Below, piece after piece: positions 51,580-62,517 of a DNA stretch of 64,000 nt. A model generated the notes under the pieces. The model saw only the letters and a list, made by a program, of their open reading frames with translations, had not been told where the DNA came from and made no database searches. The position numbers were made by a program, and so were the translations under genes. Within the stretch, counting starts at the first letter, position 1, and every line of letters starts with the position of its first letter. The stretch lies in NCBI GenBank assembly GCA_965153285.1, contig OZ229116.1; one strand, 5' to 3'. Source of the DNA: Podarcis tiliguerta. Its lineage: Eukaryota.

Positions 51580-52274
51580 CCAACCTTCTCGGCGCTGCAG
51601 GTGAGGGTTTCTGGGGCAGAGGAGGTGCCTTGCCAGGCAACCCTAAGCCCCAGCACCTCTCCTTTCCTCGACCCTTTGCCGCCTGCCGTCTAGAAAAGGA
51701 CTCCATCCCTCTCGCTTGCTCCCGCCCGCCCCCTTCCCACAGACAGCCGCGTTTCCTTCCCGGCTCCCCGTGGGAACAAACGGCCCCTTCTCCGCCCTCC
51801 CGGCGAGGCCAGCGCTTCCTTCTCTTAGCCCCCGCCCCGTCTGCGGGAGGCCCTCCACCCTCCTGGCCACCCTCCCCGCCCCGCGCCCCTTCATAGGCAC
51901 GGCTCGTTCGGCCGCGCCGCCCCACACGCGTCCCGCCCTGCCCGCCCCGTCGAGGCGCACGCTCTCGCCCGCCGCCGGCTCCATGGATGGCGGCGGCGCT
52001 TACCGCTGCCACGCCAACCGGCACCTGGAGGGCGGCCAGTCGGCGCTGCCGGGCTCGCTGCTCTTCGCGGCCGGCCTGCTGGGCAACGTGTTGGCGCTGG
52101 GAATCCTGTGGCAGCACCAACTCCGCGCGCGGCTGCGGCGCGCCCGCGGCGCGCCCGCGGCTGGGGGCGCCCAAGGGCGTCCGCCTTCTACCTCCTTCCC
52201 TCTGGACTTGCGCCCCCCCAAATGTTGCGCCCGGTGCGGCTCGCACCCCTGGCACCCCCCACGCTACGCCACTG
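51580..52274 (+). promoter_or_regulatory. CpG island with multiple GC boxes (probable captured promoter/5'UTR)
   Basis: The only strongly GC- and CpG-rich stretch in the window. Several CCGCCC motifs lie between ~51720 and ~51975, upstream of the ATG at 51983. Confidence 0.75.
51983..52197 (+). pseudogene. PTGDR: 5' fragment of a prostanoid receptor gene, most similar to prostaglandin D2 receptor DP1 (N-terminus, TM1, ICL1, start of TM2); frameshifted and truncated
   Basis: MDGGGAYRCHANRHLEGGQSALPGSLLFAAGLLGNVLALGILW aligns with recalled human PTGDR [37 protein letters not shown]. Adding one G to the G5 run at 52163-52167 gives GGRPRASAFYLL (human SVFYML). Homology stops at the transposon right end. 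Confidence 0.85.
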
Positions 52275-53291
52275 GACACACTGAAAGAGTTCTGGACATA
52301 AGCAGCACAAAGTCCACAACAAGCTGCTGTGTGAAAGCACCCACTGCCTGCTGGCCAGCAACATCCCTAAATATAACCGCAGCAGCTACCCATGCGACAC
52401 AATCGGGCTGAGCAAAAAAATAGCATGTTAGGACATTACAAGCGTAGGAGGAGGAGAGTTTTCTATGGGAGTTACAGTGGCAGATAACCATCTCCTTTGC
52501 TAGAATATCCAGGATACCGTAAATCCAAGATCTCCTTTTAAGGCTAATTAAGAGAGTTTTTTTCATGACCCCCAGAGGTCACTAGGAATGTACAGCCAAG
52601 ACATGAAGAAGACTCACTATGTGGTGGCAAAGTTCCACACAATAAATATTGCTAGACACCAGTGAGAGCTGGCTGCAGTTTTGAGGGACACCCTTTGTGG
52701 GTCTTTGCCCTATGTTAGTGGGATACCCCCCTACACATAAGCTTGCCTGGTAGCTACAAGCCACCATCTTAAGTTCCCACATTATCCTGGAGCACTCGTA
52801 ATGTCCATCTGAGACATATGTTCCAGGAAGGACCCAGAGGAGGCATCAGCACAGGTGGGCCCTGACGCAAGGCCCAATGTCAGGGACTATTTGTTCATTT
52901 ATAAAAGTATATACCTGCCCTCTCACAAAATATCAGGCTGCTGTAAAATACCAGGTTAGTGTAAAAAAAAAAAAAGGTTTTTTGTAAAAGCTTTTACACG
53001 GCGAAGCAATTTTTTGTGGCATTCCCAGAATTATTTTAACCTTTGGTCATCAAGATCTGCCCTGAATAGCACAGAAAAGTGGTTTTCAAACACTAAGGGA
53101 GCCTTTCCCATGTCAACTTGGCTGTCGGAGGGAGACTTGCATGGACACCTCGAAAACCTTGCCATGTTGTAAAAAGTTCTTGGGCACAGTTTGGGGGCTG
53201 GCAACCCAGGACAGGACGTTCTCTGGGGCAGCCCTTAAGCTGAGGAATTCTCTCTCCACAGAGGCTCATCTGCCACCTTCATTGTTCTATA

Positions 53292-53506
53292 CAGTGGTAC
53301 CTCAGGTTACAAACACTTTGGGTTACAGACGCCGCTAACCCGGAAGTAGTACTTCGGGTTAAGAACTTTACCTCAAGATGAAAACAGAAATTGCACGGCA
53401 GCAGTGGGAGGCCCCATTAGCTAAAGTGGTACCTCAGGTTAAGAACTGTTTCAGGTCAAGAACAGACCTCCAGAATGAATTAAGTACATAACCAGAGGTA
53501 CCACTT
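53292..53506. mobile_element. Tigger/pogo-like MITE
   Basis: TIRs and TA flanks. Confidence 0.9.
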
Positions 53507-53662
53507 TACTATACCTTTCATTATATGCCAAAGACACACCTCTTTTCCCTAGCCATGGACACCTGAGGGAGAGAGAGAGATTTATGGCCCACCCTCTTTT
53601 TCTGATTATAGTTTTACCTGATTTTACCATTGTGTTTTTAAATATTAGTAACCCGTACTGGA

Positions 53663-54006
53663 GGGACGCGGGTGGCGGTGTGGGTTTAACCACAGAGCCT
53701 AGGACTTGCCGATCAGAAGGTCGGCGGTTCGAATCCCCGCAATGGGGTGAGCTCCCGTTGCTCAGTCCCTGTTCCTGCCAACCTAGCAGTTTGAAAGCAC
53801 ATCAAAGTGCAAGTAGATAAATAGGTACCGCTCCAGCGGGAAGGTAAATGGCATTTCCATGAGCTGCTCATGGAAGCGGCTTAGTCATGCTGGCCACATG
53901 ACCCAGAAGCTGTACGCCGGCTCCCTCGGCCAATAAAGAGAGATGAGCGCCGCAACCTCAGAGTCGGCCACGACTGGACCTAATGGTCAGGGGTCCCTTT
54001 ACCTTT
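53663..54006 (+). mobile_element. Sauria SINE
   Basis: Near full length, GGGACGCGGGTGGCG...ACCTTT. Confidence 0.93.
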
Positions 54007-56078
54007 TTAACCCGCCCTGGGGCCTTAGGGTAGGTGAGACATCCAAATAATAGTAATAATGATTGCACAACAATATAACAATTAATTGATTAATTTGAAA
54101 AAAAAAGACTGCCTGGTCAGTTCTCATTGAACACTGTGCCTCCATAAATACTCCCCAGAATGCCCTTGAAAACTCCCTTGTGGCTACACACTGCCAAGGA
54201 AGTGTAATAGCAGGAGGCAATCTGAATTACAGGAAACCTTGCCAGCTATTCCTGACCTGGTCCTTCAGGAGCCTCTTATAAAGAGTCCTCTTCTTAAAAT
54301 ATTGGGGCAAAATGTCCATCTATCTACTAGTCTTGCCTGCTGAGCCTTTTAAGGAGACCCCAGGGATCAAACCTGCATGCAAACTATATGTCCTTGTCAC
54401 CGCGCCACCATTTCTCCCCAATATGAAAGCCACTTGCTTCAAACTGGTCCCCCCTTGCCACCCATCTCCTTTAATATGGAGCCCTAAGTCAACCCCATGT
54501 TATGGGAAACTCGCTGGATGCAAGGAGAATTTTGCATTTCAGCTCCCGCCAGTGTGAGCTAACTAATCCTACCAGGCAGATGATATCTCCTAATCTCAAA
54601 TCTTCCTCTGGAAGGGATTGCTTGCCTGCAAGAGCTTCCCTTCCATTTGCAGTTATGCAAAGATAGAACTGGCGATGGACCAAAGTGCTCTCTCGTGTGG
54701 CTGTAAATTAACGTTACTAGTGGAAACTGACAGGAAACTCCTGCAAATTGGGGTTTTGCTCAACATCTGGAGCCCAAACTTTTGAATTCCCTCAACGTGT
54801 ATGGATAAAGCAGGTGATGCCTATTTCTCCCTTCTTAACATCCTCTCCTCATTACTGACTTCCTCATGTCCGAGCCCTTGAATTTTACAAGGCAGGATTT
54901 CTTTACTCGTCAGTTTTCTGTGTTCACAAAAACAGCTGTTATTTCTCCAAAAAGAACTCCCCCCCCCCAAAAAAAAAACCCCACACATCCACCATGCACT
55001 TTCCATTGTATAATTCAGTTGTTAACAGAACACAAATGCTTCTCCCATCATCTTCCCTAGCAAAAGCTCTTAGACTTTAAACATTTAAACATGGCTTGAC
55101 GTGAGAAAGGTGTATATCTGACATAATTTTGTTACAACACCATAATGGAACTTGTTTTGCAACCTTAATCATCTGAATTCTCTGTCTGTTTTCCCATGTA
55201 GCCTCCGGCACACCGTCATTCGTTTGTTTAAAACAGTTACATACCACACTTCATCGTACTAGCAGTTGTACAAGCATGAAGAAATGAACAGTACAATGAA
55301 ACACAACCAGAATAAAAGCAACAGATGAAACTGACAGATAACTCCTTAACCAACAAAGCTGGCTCACAAGCCAATTAGGGCTTTGAAAGTAATATCAAAC
55401 AGCACCCCAAATGCAAACAGGTAGGGCGAACCTCTTTCAGGACTGGAATAATGTAGACAAAACCAGCTGTACCAGTCAGTTCAATGTTTGAGGGTGTATG
55501 ATTCTCTTAAGCTAAGCAGATTTCCAATGTGAACACCACCAGGTAAGATGCATAGATATTTCCAAAGAGAGTGGAATTTCAGTGTGGAAAAAAAAGAATT
55601 AACCTTATGGTGACTGGCTCATCCTTCACTATGAAATATTATTGATGTTCTCCCTTTTGCTTTTGTTATCCACTCATTTTCTTCTAATATCACATCTGTG
55701 CTAAGGATTTACAATACTGCTATTTCTTATCTTCCTCTCTTTTCACTTGCCCAACTTTCTATTGTTTGCCTATTTCCCTTGAAAACTCTGCCAAAACCAA
55801 TATTCTGGATTTTCATGTTCCTCAGCCTCTCTCAACAGAATCACTTTAACTTGTTTGGCGGGGGGTGGGGTGGGTGTTGTTCTCAAGATCAAAATATTGA
55901 GAAACTGTTTACTTCTTCTTTCCCCCCAATGTGTCCATCTGGTTGCAAAGTCCTTCCACTTTCAGCTTGTCAATATAGCAAGGAGTTTGCTCTTTTCTAT
56001 TTACAGAGACTCCCAACTTTTCAATACACAATTTTATTATTTCTCAAGTCGACTACTGCAGCATTCAGCCTCCCTGCT

Positions 56079-56430
56079 AAAGGTAAAGGTAAAGGGACCC
56101 CTGACCGTTAGGTCCAGTCGCGGGCAACTCTGGGGTTGTGGCGCTCATCTCGCTTTGCTGGCTGAGGGAGCTGGTGTACAGCTTCCAAGTCATGTGGCCA
56201 GCATGACTAAGCCGCTTCTGGCAAACCAGAGCAGCGCATGGAAACGCCATTTACTTTCCCACTGGAACGGTACCTATTTATCTACATGCACTTTGATGTG
56301 CTTTCGGACTGCTGGGTTGGCAGGAGCAGGGACCGAGCAATGGGAGCTCACCCCGTCGCTGGGATTCGAACTGCCGACCTTCTGACCGGCAAGCCCTAGG
56401 GGCTCTGTGGTTTAACCCCCAGTGCCACCC
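56079..56430 (-). mobile_element. Sauria SINE
   Basis: Near full length. Confidence 0.93.
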
Positions 56431-58152
56431 TTTGGACTTAGATGCTGCCACCTATTCAGGTCATTCCTGAGCTTTTCACGGGAATCTCCACTGGAGATTG
56501 TACTTCCCAGTGCTCACAGATACGTTCTCCTCTCTAATCCTCTTATTTATGATTTCTGTGCAGTCTTAGCAGTGAGAACTGCATAGGAACAGATCAGCTA
56601 CAAAAACTTCCAAAACTCTCCCCGATTGTCATGTGGGATGTCCCATCAGGGTCATGGCTGAAAGCAGTTTTGATTCCTGCTCATGACAGGAGGATAGAAA
56701 ATAAATACAAAAGGGAAGATGGTTCCCTTTTTTTTCAACTACCCTCCATCAAACAGGAACTAAAAAAGGCAAAAATAGACATTTTGCGCATTTTATTCCT
56801 GTGGATTAAAAAGGGAGAAAACAAGAGGTTGTTGATAGGATAGCTAGTCTTCTTCAGTGTTGGCTTTAAAAAAAATAAATACCAAACTACCTGACTTTTG
56901 CAGCATGGGATGGTTTTTACAGAAACACATGTCACCTTACCTGAGTTTAATGGCAAGGGACAAAAGGTAAATGGCTGAGGTTTTGCAGGATGAAGCATTA
57001 GGTTGTCTACGCAGAAAATTAATCTATCTCGTCCCCTGGAAGACTATACAGCCCATTGCTGCATTCAGTACATGGAAGCTTCTTTATTCTAGATTATTGG
57101 GTGAGAGATATACTCATTAGTTTCCAATGCATAGGTTCAGATTATCAACAAATATGACGATACTTTGGAGCAGTAGTTCCATTTACTTTGGATTGCGCCC
57201 AATGTACGACTCAGAATAAAACCCCTGCAAATGTTGCTTGCTTGGCCACTTGACCTTTGAGGGATGTTCCTCCTCAAAACCTTCGTTCTGTGGTTTTAAC
57301 CTTTAAAGCCATTTGTGGTCTGGGACCTTCATAGCCTGGGACTCTTATCCCTAAAAGAGCTTGCCTACCAGTTGAGCCAGTCCTATCAAGCAGGCTTCAC
57401 TGCCCTAAATTTACAGCCTGGTTAAGATGGTGACAATTGGAAGCAGGGCCTTTTTGGTCAAGGCCCCAAAGATTCAGAATCACCTGATGAGGTTAAGAAA
57501 CTACCCTTCTTATGAGGATTTCTGAAGGGCTCTAAGATCCTCTTTTCTCCCTTAGTATTTAGTTGCCTAAGTCCTCCTCCTTCTCTTTTAGCAGCAGATG
57601 CTATTTTTTATGTTCTATTTGTGGGATTTTGCAATCTTAAAATTGCATTATTTTATTTTTGTGCACTGCTTTCAGCTAATTTGGGGATAGGCATGTATTT
57701 TAAGTAAACAAATCTAAAATTACCTTTCCTGTTCCTGCACATTCCTTTTCCGCTGCAGCTGCCTAGCACCAGAATTTACTTCCCCTGGGCATCCAATTCC
57801 CTTCTTCTGTTATTACGTTCAAGCACCTCCTCCAGATACAAATTCTTACCTGGGCTTTCCCTGACAGGACTTCCCTTCCCCTTGCTCTCGAATCTTTCTT
57901 TGTCTTTAAATAAACCTTGGGCAGAACTGGTTTCATCTTGAATGCCAGTGTCTTGTGCTCTTGCTTGTTTTATAAATATGCCTTAAGGCCAAGTCGCTCA
58001 AACATGATCCCTTGTTTTCGGATCTGCAGCTCTGCTACTTGAAACAGAGCAATTTTGTTGTTTGGCACATTCCAAATTACATTTACATTACAAGTGTATC
58101 CATTCATTTGTTGCATTTGGAACATATGCCCCTCCGCACTAAGGGTGATAAA

Positions 58153-58393
58153 CAGTCGTACCTTGGAAGTCAAACGGAACCCGTTCCAGAAGTCCGTTCG
58201 ACTTCCAAAACATTCGGAAACTAAAGTGCGGCTTCTGATTGGCTGCAGGAAGCTACTGCAGCCAATCAGAAGCCATGGAAGCCCCGTCGGACGTTCGGGT
58301 TCCAAAAGAAAGTTCACAATCACTTCCAGGTTTGCAGCATTTGGGAGCCAAAACGTGTGAGTACCAAGGCGTACAGGATCTAAGATACAACTC
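58153..58393. mobile_element. Tigger-like MITE (CAGTCGTACC family) with internal 19-bp perfect hairpin
   Basis: Starts CAGTCGTACCTTGG, degenerate opposite end. Stem 58230-58248 pairs with 58256-58274. Confidence 0.7.
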
Positions 58394-58395
58394 TA

Positions 58396-59092
58396 CAGGC
58401 ATACCTCACTTTATTGCGCCTCTTTATGAGGATGCAGGTACAACTGCAGGCAGTTGGGGAGTGGAGCTGGCTAGGGATGGATCCGGGTTTCCCCCCCCCC
58501 TCTCACCCCTGCAGCCAGGGGGCCTGGCCTAATACACTACAGTATAGTGTAAGCATAACTTTTATATGCACTGGGAACCAAAACAAAACAAATTGTGTAT
58601 GCATGCAGGCTCTGTGCCCACTCCTGCTTACATTCCAGCTTCTTAGACTTCCATCCCAGTGCTTGTTTGGGCTCTGGGGATGCCCTCAGCAGGTAAAAGG
58701 GTCACAGGGTGAGTGGTTTGCATTCTGTATATGCACCATGACCATATGGGAGTCATAGGAGCTCCCTGCAGAATTTTAAAAATAATAATATTGTGTGACT
58801 CACTTTATTGTGACATTTGCTTTATTGTGGTGGTCCGGAACCACAATACAGTGGTAACTTCGAGTTACAAATGCCTCAGGTTACAAACTCCGCTAACCTG
58901 GAAGAGTTACCTCAAGTTGAGAACTTTGCCTCAGGATGAGAACGGAAATTGTGTGCCGGCGGCACAGTGGCAGCAAGAGGCCCCACTAGCGAAAACACGC
59001 CTCTAGTTAAGAACAGTTTCAGGTTAAGAACAGACCTCCGGAACAAATTAAGTTCGTAACTAGAGGTACCACTGTAATCCAAGGTATGCCTG
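58396..59092 (+). mobile_element. Tigger1-like internally deleted element
   Basis: TIR CAGGCATACCT / AGGTATGCCTG with TA TSD. 3' subterminal text tatagtgtaagcataacttttatatgcactggga...ctttattgtggtggtccggaacc resembles Tigger1. Confidence 0.8.
58849..59074. mobile_element. Tigger/pogo-like MITE nested in the Tigger1-like element
   Basis: TIRs and TA TSD. Confidence 0.9.
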
Positions 59093-60133
59093 TACATGGA
59101 ATTCTATTTTCTGCTGCGAAAATAACATAAGGCAGCAACCTTATGCCTGTTTCTTTATTTCTGAGTAGACGTATAGAGGATTATACATCAGCAACAGTCA
59201 TTTTACAAAGATTGGCCTACCATTGTGACTCCAGTACTAGCTGCTTCTGCAACCATGTACATGCCTACTCAGACACTGAACCGCACTGAGTTCAATGGGA
59301 CTTACTCCCAGGTAAGTAAGCATAGGACTACTTCTGAGCTGGGGCCATTTGCCCAATAGATATAATGTCCACCGGACTTGGAATCTGAGACACAAACTCC
59401 CCGAAGAGGTCTCTGAAGAGGAAAACAACTTAGCAGGGTCAAAACTAGGAGAGGCAACGCAGACTTTTCAGAGTCTGAATTGGGACACATGCCACTCTTG
59501 CCAGTTTGCTTCCAAAGAAATATCCCAGGGGAAAGACAGAGAACTTTTAAGTTCTCTGCAATTTCGCCAGAAGGACAGGCAAGGAAGGCCCACTCGTGAG
59601 GCAAAGTGAGGCAACCGCCTCAGGCGGCAGAATCAAGAGGGGCAGCAGATCCCAATGTAGATCTTTATTCCTCAACTTGTTCATGATCTAGATCTTCGCT
59701 CACCCCTTCTTCCCTGGTGAGGTGGCATTTTGTGGTTCATCTCATGTGCCAAGATGTCTCAGGCCGTCTCTGGGCTTTGTCATCAGGCCCTACTGAGGGA
59801 TGTGAGGGTTTGGCTAAACTCTAGACATGGCTGGAATATACCTTCACAGGGAACTCCCATAAGTCTTGGTCCTAGTCCTGAGGCCTGCTTCTGTTAACCT
59901 TTTACTCCACACCTGATACTTTGGGGCTGAAATGGAATGATTCCCATCTGATGGCCATGACCTGCCAAGCTAGGTTTTGTGCTCTCTGTGGTTTTCTAGT
60001 CTGGCTAGAATACGGCGGTTTCATTAGAGGTACTTGATAATTCTGCAAGTTGATAATGCTTCAGTCTCTCTCAGCTATATTTTCCAGCAGAGGCTGATTC
60101 TAACTTGGTTGCTATTTAATCTGATGATTAGAT

Positions 60134-60466
60134 AAAGGTAAAGGGACCCCTGACCATTAGGTCCAGTCGTGGCCGACTCTGGGGTTGCGGCGCTCATCGC
60201 ATTTTATTGGCCGAGGGAGCAGGCGTACAGCTTCTGGGTCATGTGGCCAGTATGACTAAGCTGCTTCTGGCAAACCAGAGCAGCGTATGGAAATGCCATT
60301 TACCTTCCCGCCGGAGTGGTACCTATTTATCTACTTGCACTTTGACATGCTTTCGAACTGCTAGGTTAGCAAGAGCAGGGACCGAGCAACGGGAGCTCAG
60401 ACCGTCGTTGCGGGGATTCAAACCGCTGACTTTCTGATTGGCAAGTCCTAGCACCACCCGCATCCC
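60134..60466 (-). mobile_element. Sauria SINE with a small deletion in the head
   Basis: Matches the other copies. Confidence 0.92.
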
Positions 60467-61174
60467 TTAATTAATTAAGATGATTAATTTCATCTTCATC
60501 TTTTTTTCTTTAAGTTTTAAAATAGTTGTTTAGTTGTGGTGGGAGGGCAGGAGATTGAGCTACCCAGAGCAAGGAATTTAATGAAAAGGGGAGATACAAT
60601 TTATTAATGAATTAAAAATAAAACATTGCAGTTAGGCCTACACAGCATCCCATTTTCTAGGATGGCATAAGAGTAACTACCCAGGCAGTGGCATTCTGTG
60701 CTGACATGCCTGTATGATCAGACCAAGATTCGGTGCTTTTCTTGTTTTTGTTTTATTTTATTTTATTGGAAGAACCTCCCGGTGGAAATGCAGAAAACAC
60801 ATGTAATTGCAAATGCAGTACAATTTTTCAGACTCGTGTCTCTTGCACCAAATCTGGTATTTAACTGGAGCTGGGAGTCATCACTGCCAATTATACTGGA
60901 GCTGCAGACGCCACTTTTGTGTTTAGGTCAAAAGGCCAGTTTCTTTAACAAGAGAACAACTCTGCAACAGAAATCAGGTTGAGGTGATACCTTTTACTGG
61001 GCCAACCTGTTGGTGGATTCCACCGCTCTCCCCCCCCAAAAAAACTCCACCCCAGAATTGTTTCAAGCTACACAAAAAATATTATGGCAAACAGGGCTGG
61101 AGGGAGGAAAATCATAGAATCACAGAGTTGGAAGGGATCATCTGGTCCAACCCTCTAAGGAGGTAGATTGGGAT

Positions 61175-61692
61175 TTGTTGTTGTCGTTTAGTCGTGTGTG
61201 ACTCTTCATGATTCCATGGACCAGAGCACGCCAGGCACTCCTGTCTTCCACTGTCTCCCACAGCTTGGTCAAACACATGTTGGGAGCTTCAAGAACACTG
61301 TCCAACCATCTCGTCCTCTGTCGTCCCGTTCTCCCAACATAAGGGTCTTTTCCAGGGAGTCTTCTCTTCTCATGAGGTGGCCAAAGTATTGGAGCCTCAG
61401 CTTCAGGATCTGTCCTTCCAGTGAGCACTCAGGGCTGATTTCCTTCAGAACGGATAGGTTTGATCTTCTTGCAGTCCATAGACTCTCAAGAGTCTTCTCC
61501 AGCACCATAATTCAAAAGCATCAATTCTTTGGCGATCAGCCTTCTTTATGGTCCAGCTCTCACTTCCATACATCACTACTGGGAAAACCATAGCTTTAAC
61601 TATAAGGACCTTTGTTGATAACGTGATGTCTCTGCTTTTTAAGATGCTGTCTAGGTTTGTCATTGTTTTCTCCCAAGAAGCAGGCGTCTTTA
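61175..61692 (-). mobile_element. BovB (RTE) LINE 3' fragment with decayed RT C-terminus
   Basis: MTNLDSILKSRDITLSTKVLIVKAMVFPVVMYGSESWTIKKADRQRIDAFELWCWRRLLRV and LKEISPECSLEGQILKLRLQYFGHLMRR are BovB peptides, split by frameshifts. (CAA)n tail. Confidence 0.93.
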
Positions 61693-62161
61693 CTGTTTTA
61701 GGGTAGATCAGCAAGGGGACTGTGCACAAGGCGTTATGTTGGGAGAAGTGAAACGCAGCCAATTTTATTTTCCTATTTGCTTCCTCTAACCTCCCTGCAC
61801 GGTGCCACCTATTGGCCCTTGTGTTTATACAACTAACACCACAATGTGCAAAGGGGTTAGGACTTGTTCACACTTCCGCTTTTCCTGTGCCTAGAAAGCA
61901 TGGGTCTGAAAGGTTTTTGGCTTGTCCCACAGTTTTCCCTAGGAAAACCCGGTCTTTCCTGCTGAATCAAAAATCAATCTGCAGAAAACCAATTGATGTT
62001 TGCTGCAAATTAAGCAAAGACTGGGTTTCCCCATTGGGGGAAACAGCAGGAAGAGGGAAGTGTCAGTGAGCCCTTAGACTCACAACTGCTTAACAATATC
62101 AACAAGAAGATTGAAAGCTGGCTTGCCTGACCCAAGGCCAAGACCTCAGCCTTCTCAGCTT

Positions 62162-62517
62162 AAAGTAAAGGTAAAGGGACCCCTGACCATTAGGTCCAGT
62201 CGTGACTGACTCTAGGGTTGCGGTGCTCATCTCGCTTTACTGACCGAGGGAGCCAGTGTACAGCTTCCGGGTCATGTGGCCAGCATGACTAAGCCGCTTC
62301 TGGCGAACCAGAGCAGCGCACGGAAATGCCATTTACCTTCCTGCCTGAGCGGTATCTATTTATCTACTTGCACTTTGACGTGCTTTCGAACTGCTAGGTT
62401 GGCAGGAGCAGGGACTGAGCAATGGGAGCTCACCCCATCACGGGGATTCGAACCGGCGACCTTCTGATCAGCAAGTCCTAGGCTCTGTGGTTTAACCCAC
62501 AGCGCCACCCACGTCCC
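62162..62517 (-). mobile_element. Sauria SINE
   Basis: Full length. TSD CTTCTCAGCTT. Confidence 0.95.

Larger units (their letters stand above)
51071..52274. mobile_element. Non-autonomous hAT-type DNA transposon carrying a captured host-gene fragment (Pack-type)
   Basis: Perfect 17-bp TIR CAGTGGCGTAGCGTGGG at both ends. Perfect 8-bp TSD GACACACT at 51063-51070 and 52275-52282. An extra internal right end finishes at 51217. No transposase ORF. Confidence 0.9.

Noticed and set aside
51533-52279. 248-aa minus-strand ORF
   Set aside because: Low-complexity Gly/Arg/Ala frame antisense to the GC-rich captured fragment. It is open because stop codons are rare in GC-rich DNA.
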